Assembly (NCBI GenBank): GCA_020137815.1
Contig: CM035350.1
Span: 248,001-312,000, forward strand
From: Hormiphora californensis
Lineage: Eukaryota; Animalia; Ctenophora
Length of the DNA stretch: 64,000 bases
Direction of reading: 5' to 3'
Position numbers and translations under genes: made by a program. Below, piece by piece: positions 45,358 through 56,869 of the stretch (position 1 is the stretch's first letter; every line of letters starts with the position of its first letter). Below the pieces are notes generated by a model. The model saw only the letters and a list, made by a program, of their open reading frames with translations. It had not been told where the DNA came from and did no database searches.

Positions 45358-46558
45358 TTATTCATTTTCCATTTCGGCATATCGACCAAGGGCAGGCCTG
45401 TCGTTTAACAGTTCTAGAACATTATGTGAGAGTTGGTAGGTTTGGTGATTCCAGGACATCCCACTTGGTTGCAGGGAGTTGTCATCTTCAAACAGGAAGT
45501 TAGCTGATAGCTGGATAGCCAGACTTGACTTGATGAGCCCTACACCACCTGAACACGTGACATGTAATACACGCTGCAGTTATCATAGGGCATGTAGAGG
45601 AAGTATATACCTTGCCTGTAGGGTGCGGGGTGGTACACTCTCCCAGATTTCTCACAAACTGCCACTGCACTGGGATCAAAAGGAACTGTCAAGAGCCCTT
45701 TAGAGTCGCCCCACGATAGCACCTCATCCCCTGTTCGGCTACCTAATATGGGTGTGGGTTGGAATACTGGGTATTAAAACATACTAGCACACATTTCAGA
45801 CCAACCACACTGTTCTGATTACTTGTAATAATTGATTGGAACACCACTGGTAGATCGTCACATCTTATGTAGTTCATCTCTTCACCACATGCTGAAACAT
45901 AGGGCCACGAGTTCGCCAGGTCTCCAGATGTATTCATTTTAACAGCACGCAGAAAAAATTTAAGGAACCGCTTCTCTGTAAGAGTAGTTACGATGTTAGA
46001 TTGGAGTGGCCAAAAGTTCATGAGGTGCAGGAGAAGATAGGTGATGTACCGGCGACCTCGACTAGAACACATGAAAACACAATGGTTTCAAACTTTTCAA
46101 CACTAGTTTAAACAAATTAATCTGAGTTCTGAAGCAGGCGTAAACGCCGAAACTGTCAACAACCATTGTGTTTTCATGTATTATAATCGAGGTCGCCGGT
46201 ACATCACCTATCTTCTCCTGCAAGTTAGGTTTGTTGCATCACTCAAAAACTTAAATTTAAAAATGTCAAGAATCATTGTAATGACTAACCTTTGAAGCAG
46301 GACGTGAAGTTTTTAATTCTTGCATCATCGAGAAATAGCTGAAAAGGTATTATGGAAATTAACAACATAAATAAAGAATTGCTTTTAACAAAAATAATGT
46401 AGCTATTATGACGATACCATTCCTTGATGATCTATGTAGTAGAAGTATTGTCGCTCTCTGTTTACTTCCTGGCCCTGGGTGTACGTTCTTTGGAAGAGTC
46501 TACCAGCTATACAACTAACCCGCCAACGACTGCAATGAGTTATACAGTTCCATGACAT
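45358..46558 (-). CDS. C8orf82: UPF0598 / C8orf82-like (DUF4505) protein, 5 exons
   Basis: YTQGQEVNRERQYFYYIDHQGM|LFLDDARIKNFTSCFK|EKRFLKFF..WPYVSACGEEMNYIRCDDLPVVF..SGRVYHPAP..GGVGLIKSSLA, the family motifs. Confidence 0.9.
46026..46222 (+). mobile_element. ~200-bp inverted-repeat element enclosing a hammerhead-like motif (46126-46160)
   Basis: Arms 46026-46087 and 46161-46222 are near-perfect reverse complements; the loop contains GTT-CTGAAGCA-GGCG TAAA CGCC-GAAA-CT-GTC-AAC. Confidence 0.7.
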
Positions 46559-48124
46559 AACGCCCCGTTTCTCAGAAAGGGCAGAGCATCTAAAATGGCC
46601 AATGGGTAGAGAAAAGAATCACCAAAAACTATAATATGTAATGGAGGCCCGAAGATGTTTTCTGCGAAATAAAACCCAGTTTGTCCCAAAACGAGTTGGC
46701 ACAAAACTAATTTTCAAATAATTATGTGCTAGAAAGCGGTATTTTTAGCCTTCCTGTACATTTTGGGGCCCAGAGGCGGGGGCTTCTGGTCGTCTTATTG
46801 TCTGTTATTTGAAGATTCAAAAATAGTTGGCATTTGGCATATGCTAAACACTTCAAACCTTTCGAAAAGGCAGCACTTTCGGCTTTCCATTTACATTCAA
46901 AGTTCATCAAAAACCTTCTTCAAATTCAAAAAGAAGTATATTTTTTATCTTCAAAAGCAAGGATTTCCATCAGCTTCGAAATTTTTTTTCTAAAAGGGGG
47001 TTAAAATGGTATTAGATAACAATATCAATATGAAAATACCGGTCTCCCATGGGGGAGAAGATTAATAAATTACTGCATTGATTGAAATTGATTAAATTTG
47101 GTAGAATTAAAAGTATTATATAATAAGTTAATGTCATTGAGTTCGCTCTTATACTGCCTCGTTTTGGTCAACTTATTGCCTCTATGCCCTCTCAAGCTAA
47201 TGACAGTTGTTCTGAGCAGGGTGAAAGACAACCGCTGCCTAATGTAACGGATGGTGTCAGAGTAAGCCTGGTGCGTTTTGTCAGCAAGCAGCTTGGCAAG
47301 GCGCCTGTAGAATTTTTCTGCCTCGTTGCCCAGGGCACCAGTTACTGAAAACACGAGTGGGCAAAAACAACTCTGTTCAACCTCAAGGACACGTTCGTTA
47401 TAGCAGCGTTTTTTCTCTTCCTCGTGTCGTTTCAGAGCTGTATCAAGAGGAATGGCACAGTTTGTAGGAGCCAATGGGTTGAAGATGCGCACATCTGTGT
47501 AAATTTTGTCCATGGGAAGCCAAAAATCCCTGGCAGCAACATCAAGGCGAGCATCATTTGCAGTGTTAGCTGATTTTAGCCGGAAGGTTTCGCCAGTGAT
47601 TGGGAGAAGATGGGGTTCTCTTGAAACATCACGGCATCCCGCCTCTTTCGGCAGGTTTGCAGTAAGGTCCCGGATCTCATTATGCCGCAGCTGCACGTAA
47701 CCACCAAGATGACAAGAGAGGCTGTGTTCAGTGGTGTTAGGTTTTCCACACGGACAATTTGGTGGTCTACCCTCAAGTTCCAAGCAGTAGCGGAGGGACA
47801 TGGAGTCCCAGAACTCCTGTTTGTTCAGATTGAACCTATGTTCCTGGAGTGGGAGAGATGTTACCCATATGGAAGACCCTCGCCGTGTTCTCTCTTGGTG
47901 GAAACGCTGTTCGGTGGGTGGCAGTGCCTCTCTCACAAGCTCTTCAGCCTTGGTCTGGCTCAGCCGTTTGGTGGTCAACATCTCGGATTTCGCAGACACC
48001 AGCTCCTGCTTCAGCAAATGCAAACTCTCTGGATCAAATTGTGTTTTCTGTCCGTTAATGATTTTGGAGAGTGGTGCAGTAGCTGCAGCAGAACTGGTGT
48101 ATTCGAAATCCGCGATCTCGACGG

Positions 48125-48717
48125 CCCAGTGCAAAGATTGTGCTAATTTGCGAATTTAGTTAGCAGCAAAAAATTAGTAAAAAAACACCTAAAAGTAGCA
48201 AAAATTCGCTGTACAGCAAAAACTAGACATCGTGGAGTGAAATAGATGCGTGCATCGTGTTCAGCGTCGAAAAATAGGTCGGGGTATGAAATTTGGTATC
48301 TTTACCTCATCTCAGTCGCGAAATTCGCATTTTGCTAATGCTGCCTAATCTAGCAGCAGCAGATGAGGCAGCAGATGAAGTGTAACTATGACAACCATGC
48401 TGCCATGCCGTGCGCACATATAAGAACGGGTAAAATTCGATATTTCCATCAGCCTCAGTGGTCGAGTGGTTAAGGCGGTTGCCAATAATACCATATGCGA
48501 GCACATGTGTGTGGGTTCGAATCCCGATGAATCTTTTTTTTTTAACTTTTTCCTCGTTTGTGCAAAATAATTTTAACATTTTTTCTCTAATGCTGACCAC
48601 AAAAACATAGTTGTTAAACACAATTAATGTTATTGAGGTGAGCTTCAAAATTTGGTGGGAGCAAATTTTCGATAAAGTTTCTAGATTCGCAGCATTTTTT
48701 AAGATCTTTGCACTGGG
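48125..48717. mobile_element. MITE, 14-bp TIR CCCAGTGCAAAGAT, 8-bp TSD CTCGACGG
   Basis: TSD at 48117-48124 and 48718-48725; removing it restores the CRE frame (GIFNPVEIADFEY). Confidence 0.92.
48452..48530 (+). pseudogene. tRNA-like (long variable arm) Pol III cassette followed by a T run
   Basis: A box TGGTCGAGTGG, B box GGTTCGAATCC, then a run of about 10 T; no acceptor stem. Confidence 0.6.
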
Positions 48718-49156
48718 CTCGACGGGATTAAAGATTCCAAGGTCCCCGTGGCGGGCAGGGAGTGACAGGAACTTCCGATTGTTCGGTGTCAGTTGGTTGC
48801 TGATTGTTTTTGGGATGAAAGTGGATGATATGATGTCTTCCAGTGGCTGGAAGAGACCAGAGATGTCCTTGGTAGTTCTCATAATAAACAACCACCGTTT
48901 GGAGAGTCCCATGATGTAAGCAGAGAATGATGGATGGGGCTCAGATGTTGAAACTTGAAAAATCCGATAAGTCTGTAAGCTCCTGGGCCCACGTCTCAAC
49001 CTGTTGACTGACGTACTGTTTCTTAAACTCGTCGGTACCTAGGGGAGCTCCGAGATATCTTTGTCCCTCTGATGTAATATGCACACCTGTGTCCTTGAAA
49101 ATAGAGCTGGCAGTGTTCTCAAGCCCAGGTTTGACGATCAGCACAGACTTCTTTCC

Positions 49157-49362
49157 ATGAGGCCCCTCGGAAATGTTCAAGTCATGCACAATCAAGTCAC
49201 GCCCACCAATCACAGCGCAGAACGCGCGAAGCACTCCACGCGTTCTGAGTTGTGATTGGTGGGCGTGACTCGATTGTGCATGACTTGAACATTTCCGAGT
49301 TGGCAAACGTTGCTGGCAGTGCGGGATAAGGCAGCGCTTTTCAAATTTCCGAGGGGCCTCAT
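49157..49362. mobile_element. Palindromic MITE (second copy 52254-52405; related end near 51042)
   Basis: ATGAGGCCCCTCGGAAATGTTCAAGTCATGCACAATC ... GATTGTGCATGACTTGAACATTTCCGAG(GGGCCTCAT). Confidence 0.75.
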
Positions 49363-49547
49363 TGGGGAAATAGCCTAAAGTGCGATTTTTAATAATGCGA
49401 ACCGCTCACGCGCATTAATAATAACATAATTCCATTTGCGTGTGCTAAATCTGGTTCCTGATAAGATAGAGACTTGTCATTGGTCGCATTGGAAAGATAC
49501 AATTTTTCTCTTTCCAACGCAACCAGTATCAAGTCTTTATCTTATCA

Positions 49548-50140
49548 GGCTATAAGCATACTGATCGTGATGATCATAATCAGTTAAAAAGATGAAGTGT
49601 GCTCATGGTTTTGATCATCATCATCTGCAAAAAACTACAGTGTGCGGAACATTATGATCATCACGTAAGAGCTGGCCCTGGAGCCGTCTCTTAAGTTGGA
49701 TGATGATCATCAACACCTAGTGTGCGCAGGTTTTGATCTTATTCTTGTCATGTGATATGTACCACGTGGTACGACTTCGCGCGCGCGAGAGGCTGTTGTA
49801 CAGGTCACGTGATATGCAACAGCCTCTCAGAGCGCGCGACTAGTCAAGGGGGAGCTCCCGGGAGATAGCATCATCATGCTGAGCACACTGATCATGATGA
49901 TCATGATCAAAAGGCAAGTTCCAGCAAGTTGAACATGGTTTATGATGATCAAACGTGAGCACACTATGGTTCATGATGATCAAACGTGAACACACTATGG
50001 TTTGAGAACATCATGATGCATCAAGCCTCAATCATGATGATAACCATCAGTGTGTGCTCTTCTTTGATGGTGACCATCAAAATCTCCGCACACTGACCTG
50101 ATTAGTGATTATGATCATCACGATCAGTATGCTTATAGCC
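49548..50140. mobile_element. PIF/Harbinger-like MITE
   Basis: TIR GGCTATAAGCATACTGATCGTGATGATCATAATCA; 3-bp TSD TCA (49545-49547, 50141-50143). Confidence 0.85.
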
Positions 50141-50323
50141 TCAGGAGCCAGAGATATCATCATCATCATCAATTAACATTTAATATACCGCTTTATAGCA
50201 TATTGGTAAGATATCACTTAAAAAAGAAAAAACTTAACGGATACCTTCCTGCTTTCAAAAGCGGTTTTACTCTATTTGATCAATAACTTAGAGTCCATGA
50301 GCTAGTAGTGTTTATACAAATGT

Positions 50324-51040
50324 TCAAGTGTCCCTTGGTGCTTCTAACACCCTCTTTCCACGGATTATGAAGTGGGTTCCAGGGGACTGCTTTACCTTCT
50401 CCTTCAGTTCAACAACACGCTTCTTCCGTTCTTTCCGTTCTTCTACTGTTCTATCAGGAGATATAAAGACTTTGCCAAACTTGTCGTTCCCTTTCAGCAG
50501 GGATTTCTTCGACAGGATTGAAATTTGAGCGTCTCTGCTCCTCAGCACGACTTTCACAGGTCTTGCCGATGAGGACTGCTTTCCCAAGCGCTCGGCTGAT
50601 TGCACTTTCGGAGCCTCTTCAAGCTCACCAAAAAGAGACTTAATTTGAGTTTCAAGCTCCTCACCATTTACATTGTCTTTCAACTCTTCCAATCCATGGA
50701 TGATGATGTTACACCCACGGTCCTCCGATGCTGCCACGATTGCCGATTGAATCTTCTTTGGAGCCAGGGCCGAGGCACACTCCTTCTCCAAAACGGCTGC
50801 AAAGCTCTTCATTTCCTGTTCTGCTGTTGACTGCACAGCTGTTATCTCAACCTCCCTCTTCTCAAGTAATTGCCTCTGGATTTTCAGGAGCTCCTCTTGT
50901 GCAGCCACTAGATTTCTTTGGGTTTTTATGAGCTCTGTACTATGTATTTTGAGCTCTTTCTCCAGCTGGTTTATCCTCAAGGTTTCGCAACCCACTGCTA
51001 ACAACTCTTCAGTAACTGGGAAGGTCTGTTCCATGAGCAT
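50324..51040 (-). CDS. LINE ORF1-like protein (coiled coil + RRM-like + C-terminal domain) with no ORF2
   Basis: Coiled coil, NIIIHGLEE, ERLGK..RPVKVVL, KVFISPDRTVEERKERK, as in CR1/L2-group ORF1p; 5' end cut by a palindromic element. Confidence 0.8.
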   Translation of the reverse strand: MLMEQTFPVTEELLAVGCETLRINQLEKELKIHSTELIKTQRNLVAAQEELLKIQRQLLEKREVEITAVQSTAEQEMKSFAAVLEKECASALAPKKIQSAIVAASEDRGCNIIIHGLEELKDNVNGEELETQIKSLFGELEEAPKVQSAERLGKQSSSARPVKVVLRSRDAQISILSKKSLLKGNDKFGKVFISPDRTVEERKERKKRVVELKEKVKQSPGTHFIIRGKRVLEAPRDT

Positions 51041-51331
51041 ACTCGGAAATGTTCAGGTCGAGCACATGAAGGTCGAGCACAAGGTCCAGCACAAGGTCCG
51101 GTCAATGTCAGCACTTTTTTTCGCGCTGCGGCTCAACGGCGGTTCAACGACGCGCAGTGGTCACGTGACTGGTCAGACCTTGTGCTCGACCTCGTGCTCG
51201 ACCTTTCATACGACGTGCGCGCCGTGAAATCTCGCGCGAAATTCCCACAGAGTTGATCTCCGCGTCAGCCGTTTCTCCCATCAAGTCACAGACAAACAGA
51301 CAAACATTCGCGCCCTGGCGTCAATTTACCA

Positions 51332-52028
51332 GGTAGCAGGTAAAGTCACCCACTTTTTGGCACATGACGGTACGTGCAGTAGCGCGCAAATCGGAGCAAC
51401 TTGCGCGCGATGACGCGCAGTGAATTTCAAAATCCCGGCAAGTAAAAGTTTCAAATTTGAAAATTTCAGAATTTCAACTCCACCAAAAATTTTTCGTCTT
51501 GTGTTCGGTTTTCCGTTTTCGGTTTTGCGTTTGACAGATGTCAAGTAGTCAAACTTAATACTTATTACAATTAAAAAAGTTGTTATGAAACTATGCGTAA
51601 GGTAACAAATCTTCGTTTCAGATATAACCCGACGGCCTACATTGATTTAAGTGTGAAAATTGATTAAACCATAACCAAATAAATAAATGTTGATACTGTA
51701 ATTGGTATCAATTGATTACCCACGCGGAGGTGGACTGAATCGGACTTGTTATGTGAGAGGTGGAAGTTACCAGCAACGACACAAGCAGAAGCCCCCACGG
51801 CGCGGAAAACACCGCAAGAGCCTCCATTACACACATCCCATAACCATTACCATCCCACGCGATCGGGTGTGGTTGCCCACTTTTTGGATCTCAAAACTTG
51901 TATGTAGCGCGCGGACGCCGGACGACGAATTGGCAGCTATAACCCCGATCTCGCGCGAGAAGTGTGTTCGCGTGGGGTTAGCGCACGTACCGTCTTGTGC
52001 CAAAAAGTGGGTGACTTTACCTGCTACC
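51332..52028. mobile_element. MITE with ~46-bp TIR GGTAGCAGGTAAAGTCACCCACTTTTTGGCACA; no TSD seen
   Basis: Inverted repeats read directly at both ends. Confidence 0.75.
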
Positions 52029-52620
52029 GAGCCAGGCCGAGGGAAATTACTTTTTTATTTTTTCGCGCGCATTGTTTAGCAGCGAAGTAAAGTTATTATC
52101 GCGCGTTACATTACTTACCGCTCCAGAAATTCAAACTCGAGTCCGCGCGGCGTCCGTCCGTCCGACGCGATCCAAGACTTTTAACTTTTTCGCTCAAAAA
52201 ACAAAGTTTTTTTCGCCCAAAAAACGTTCCCCCCCTCCCTTGAAAAGCGCTGCATGAGGCCCCTCGAAAATGTTCAAGTCATGCACAATCAAGTCACGCC
52301 CACCAATCACAGCGCAGAACGCGTGAAGCACTCCGCGCGTTCTGAGCTGTGATTGGTGGGCGTGACTTGATTGTGCATGACTTGAACATTTCCGAGGGGC
52401 CTCATTGGAATGAACTGCAGCAGGCTGCCAGCAGCCCCCCCCCCATGCATGCACCCCCGCAACGAGGGGCCTGCAGCGTATGCCAATGCCTTATCCAACG
52501 TTCGCGTTTGCCAACCCCCCAAACTTCCCTGACGCACAGCTCCAGTGTACGCTTTACAGCTCCCCAGCACACAGATAAGAAAATACTGGTTTTGAATGTG
52601 TCCCATATGCAACCTTCATC

Positions 52621-53488
52621 GGTAAGTCGGAAGAACCTGTCCGTTCCTCTCATGAGCGCTCATGAGTGTATCATGAGTGTGTCATGAGTGTATCATGAGT
52701 GTATCATGAGCGCTCATGAGACGTTTTTAGGTGTTTCAACGTCTCATGAGCGCTCATGAGTGTATCATGAGCGTGTCATGAGTGTATCATGAGCGCTCAT
52801 GAGTGCTCATGAGACCTTGCTCATGAGCGCTCATGAGACATATGTCTCATCCCATCTCTGTTTCAATGTCTCATGAGCGCTCATGAGACGTTTTGACCTA
52901 TGTGCTCATGAATGTATCATGAGACATGTCTCATGAGACATATGTCTCATGAGACGTTAGGGTTATGGTTATGGTTGGGTTTAGGTTTGGGCTAGGGTTA
53001 GGGCTTTCCTTTAGGTTTAGGGACCCGTAGAGGGTAGGGCTAGGTCCAAACCTATGGGTCAACCCTAACCCTATCCCTACGGGTCCCTAGACCTAAAGGA
53101 TAACCCTAACCCTAGCCCAACCGTAAACCCAACCCTAACCCTAACCCTAACGTCTCATGAGACATATATCTCATGAGACATGTCTCATGATACACTCATG
53201 AGCACATGTAGGTCAAAACGTCTCATGAGCGCTCATGAGACATTGAAACAGAGATGGGATGAGACATATGTCTCATGAGCGCTCATGAGCAAGGTCTCAT
53301 GAGCACTCATGAGCGCTCATGATACACTCATGACACACTCATGATACACTCATGAGCGCTCATGAGACGTTGAAACACCTAAAAACGTCTCATGAGCGCT
53401 CATGATACACTCATGATACACTCATGACACACTCATGATACACTCATGAGCGCTCATGAGAGGAACGGACAGGTTCTTCCGACTTACC
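52621..53488. mobile_element. Foldback element (Merlin-like GGTAA ends, 8-bp TSD with one mismatch) with (CTCATGA)-rich arms and central TTAGGG-like repeats
   Basis: GGTAAGTCGGAAGAACCTGTCCG ... CGGACAGGTTCTTCCGACTTACC; flanks CCTTCATC / CTTTCATC. Confidence 0.85.
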
Positions 53489-53593
53489 CTTTCATCACCT
53501 TCCAAATTCTATAGACAAGCGCACTGTCGCGTAGAAACGCACTGAACGAACGACCACTTCGACGACGTTCATCTCCAAATTATAATAGAGATA

Positions 53594-53765
53594 CAGTCGG
53601 ACCCCGATTTAGTGGCCCCCGATTTAGTGGCACCCCGATTTAGTGACAGGATAATCTTCCCCCGATATAGGAATTAACAGTATTTGGCCCCCGATTTAGT
53701 GGATACCCCGATTTAGTGGACAACACCCTTTCCCCCGAGGGTGCTATTAAATCGGGGTCCGACTG
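53594..53765. mobile_element. Tc1/mariner-type MITE
   Basis: TA-CAGTCGGACCCCGATTTA ... TAAATCGGGGTCCGACTG-TA. Confidence 0.88.
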
Positions 53766-53966
53766 TACTTGAAAGTTTTTTTTTATTTTCAAGTTTCAAA
53801 ACGTGCTGAAAGTCATCGAGCAGGTTACCTACAATCGCTACTATGAACACTAAACACCACTTCATCATCATTACAATGTAAAACAAAGAAGGATCTACTT
53901 CTGAACCGACACAATACAACAAGAAGAAGATCTCTGATCACTATACTGGGCGGGTAGATCACTGTT

Positions 53967-54282
53967 TAAATATGAGCGCTGTTATACCAGGGGCGGGTAG
54001 ATCACTATTAAAATCTGGGCACTGAGTACTGGGCGGAACACTGTTGACACTGTAATACGCCCACCCCAACTTCATGACATCACCTAGGGTGGAATGTCAG
54101 TCCTGATATACTTATCGATATGATGTACTGTAGAGCATATCGATAAGTATATCAGGGCTGACATTCCACCCTAGGTGATGTCATGAAGTTGGGGTGGGTG
54201 TATTACAGTGTTCCGCCCAGTACTCAGCGCCCAGATTTTAATAGTGATCTACCCGCCCCTGGTATAACAGCGCCCATATTTA
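53967..54282. repeat. ~315-bp near-perfect palindrome
   Basis: Arms of ~150 bp around a short loop near 54123-54133. Confidence 0.9.
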
Positions 54283-54314
54283 GACAAGTTCAAAGCTGTA
54301 ACAGCTCTGAACTT

Positions 54315-54500
54315 GTATCCATCCTTCAGCCAAACCGCAATGTGGGTGTGAGGAAGGCCACGCTTTTGAAATTCACTAACTCCAGATACAGCTTGCTGCT
54401 CTCCAAAAGCGACCTTAAGGTCCTCATGAAACTCTTTTAAATGGAGGTTGAAAGCGGCCGCTACAATATCTGGCCTATCAGACGCAGTAAGGGGTGTGTC
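54315..54500 (-). pseudogene. Helitron Rep (HUH) fragment
   Basis: DRPDIVAAAFNLHLKEFHEDL..FG....VSEFQKRGLPHTHIAVWL, Helitron Rep motif 2. Confidence 0.88.
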
Positions 54501-54819
54501 ACTACTCACACGATGGGTAGTGGAGGTACACACACTGAGTCCCCTCCCCACCGTCACATTTCACGATGACTCGCACATGAATAAGTAAATACGAGGGTCG
54601 AGAAACGATGTAAGGAAAAACAGAAGTACTGCATCCAGACTTTTGTGCCCCTATTATCAAATGTGTAGTGGCACTACAGTAGTGCAACTATGTACAAGAC
54701 TGTCTCGCACAAGACTGTCCTCTGGTCGCATAAATCGCGCACTGTATCCGATGTAACAGTCAGTGCCTGACAAGGAAAACATTTCCCAATGTGATCCCTG
54801 ATATAGGGGCTGGGAATGT

Positions 54820-56125
54820 TCAAATCAAATCAAATCAAATTAAATTTACACAATCTAAACGCGTGCGGATTTCCCAGCGAGTGGGTCCTCCTTGTCAAGT
54901 CTTAACTCAAAATATTAAAATCGAATCGCCCCGTCATGTGGTCAGTCATCAGCAAAATCACACACAGCAAAATCACACACAGCAAAATCACACACAGCTA
55001 AGATTTCGCCGCCTGACTGAAGTCATTCGGGACCGTGGGGTACCCTCTAGGGTGTGCTATTTCAAATTTTTTTCGACTAGGCCATTCAGTATCTAGCTAA
55101 TGTGAAACTATGGACAGTTCTCTATCACATCAGCAAAACAGAATCGAGATAGTGTTTGTCAGTTACGTTGGCATCGCAATTTAAAAAGTGTAGTTTTTAA
55201 CCGAAAAATGGTAAAAACAGGGAAATATGTTTGGTTTTCACCAGTTTTTGACATGTTCTTGATATCAACTTTTTATGTTCAGGATCGTGTTCATCACCTC
55301 GAAACTGACAGGAATTGATATGCAACATTAAATGATGCTAAAGTTCATTTTTGACCTAAAAATGTTCATTTTTGACAAAAAATGTTCATTTTTGACAAAA
55401 AATGTTCATTTTGGACATGTTCTTCAATTTTGAGAGCTTTTTCATTAACGGGATCGTGTTCCGCAGGCCAAAATTAGCCGATTACAACCGAAATTTGGTT
55501 TCCACCAAGAAAAAACTAAAAAAAAGTAAAATTCGTCCCCACGATTCTGCAAGTTGGTAAAATTAGCAAGAAAAAAAGGGAGAAAATTTTTTATTTTTGT
55601 TCATAAAGTGGATATCTGAAGGCTCAAACTGAAAGTAACAGTTGTATAAGTTGTCACGAGACGATTGATATGTGTGTTTTGTTCGAAATAACGCCCTAAA
55701 ACAGACTTTTTGAAATGAATATGCCCATATATGGGCATAGCTCGTGCCAACGTAATTGGGCCATGGTAGAGCCAAAACTTTGTGATAAAATGTTTTAGAA
55801 TGATCGTAGGAGCTCATTTAACCCGATACCAAGTGAAATTTTGAATTAAATTAGGGATTTGAAAAAATAGCACACCCTAGTACCCTCTCACTGGAGGCCT
55901 GTCCTTGTACTCCTTCATGAAAGAACCCAGGCTAGCCTTAAACCTTGCCAATGTTTCACAAAGGGTCACCTCTCGGGGCAGTTTATTCCACAACTGAGGA
56001 GCCCTGTAACTGAACGAGTTGAACAGCTGGGTAGCTCGCCTCCTATCAGCCCAATAAGGATACTTCTGCGTTTTGACCTGTATCCCCAAGCGGCCTGTCT
56101 GGAATTCCATTCCTACACAGTTAGG
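54820..56125 (-). mobile_element. 3' fragment of a LINE with (TTTGA)n tail, split by a hAT MITE
   Basis: NSFSYRAPQLWNKLP..FKASLGSFM..DRPPVRGY (ORF2 C-terminus); tail at ~54820-54842. Confidence 0.75.
55048..55879. mobile_element. hAT-type MITE
   Basis: TIR TAGGGTGTGCTATTT; 8-bp TSD GTACCCTC (55040-55047, 55880-55887). Confidence 0.9.
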
Positions 56126-56869
56126 TACTAGTTATGAAGAAATCTAATTCTAAACAGCAGAGCTATTAGCAACGAGTGGCAGCAGACTTCAGAAATTTGA
56201 AACAAAAAAGTAAAAAAAAACAATTTCTGTTGGCATACGTTGCCTGGAGGGAATACCGCGCTAGGGGGGGGGAATACATAATCAATCATATCTCGGGTTC
56301 CAGTTAAGGTACAAAAATCGTTTTGGTAGCGTTGGAAAGAGGAAGATAACAGCTTTCAAATGCAACCGGTTTCAGGTCTCTATCTTATCAGGAACAGGAG
56401 ATATGAACCAAACTCCGCAAAATCGAGTGCGGTAAATAAAAATAAAAAATTCGAGATTTTAATTCAAATTTGAAACAAAGTGTCCCTGCAGGGATCTGTG
56501 ACGTCACTTTTTGAAAACAACCAATCTTTGAACGGCTATTGCTCAGCTTCCTGAAGTCCAATTTACTTCTCTCAAAAACAGCAAGGTAGATAATTGTCAG
56601 ATCTAACAGCTAGTGAAAGAATCAAGTCAAACGGACTTCAGGGGCCAAAGTTATAAGCACCGCCGTTTTTTCGCTCGCAAAGTTATCTTCGACCCAGCCG
56701 GGTGTAACGCGCGAAAATTTATTCGTCGCGACGCGGACCATCACGAAGCGCGCTAAAAATCTTGTTTTTAAACTTTTTTGTCGTTTTTTAAATTTTCTTT
56801 TTTGGCTTTCGGTTTTGACTTTTTTTGATTTTTCTTGTTTTTTTAACTAAAATACAGTTTGAGATAGTG

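Larger units (their letters stand above)
47070..49155 (-). mobile_element. CRE-clade non-LTR retrotransposon remnant (post-RT region, Zn knuckle, restriction-like endonuclease)
   Basis: GQRYLGAPLGT, LSLPARHGDLGI, CPCGK..EHSLSC..RHNEIRD, REP, ARLDV, DVRI, EEEKKRCY, PLVFSVTGALG. Frameshifted and split by a MITE. Confidence 0.85.

Noticed and set aside
52957-53150. Telomere or chromosome-fusion site
   Set aside because: Short, degenerate and enclosed by TIRs with a TSD; part of a foldback element.
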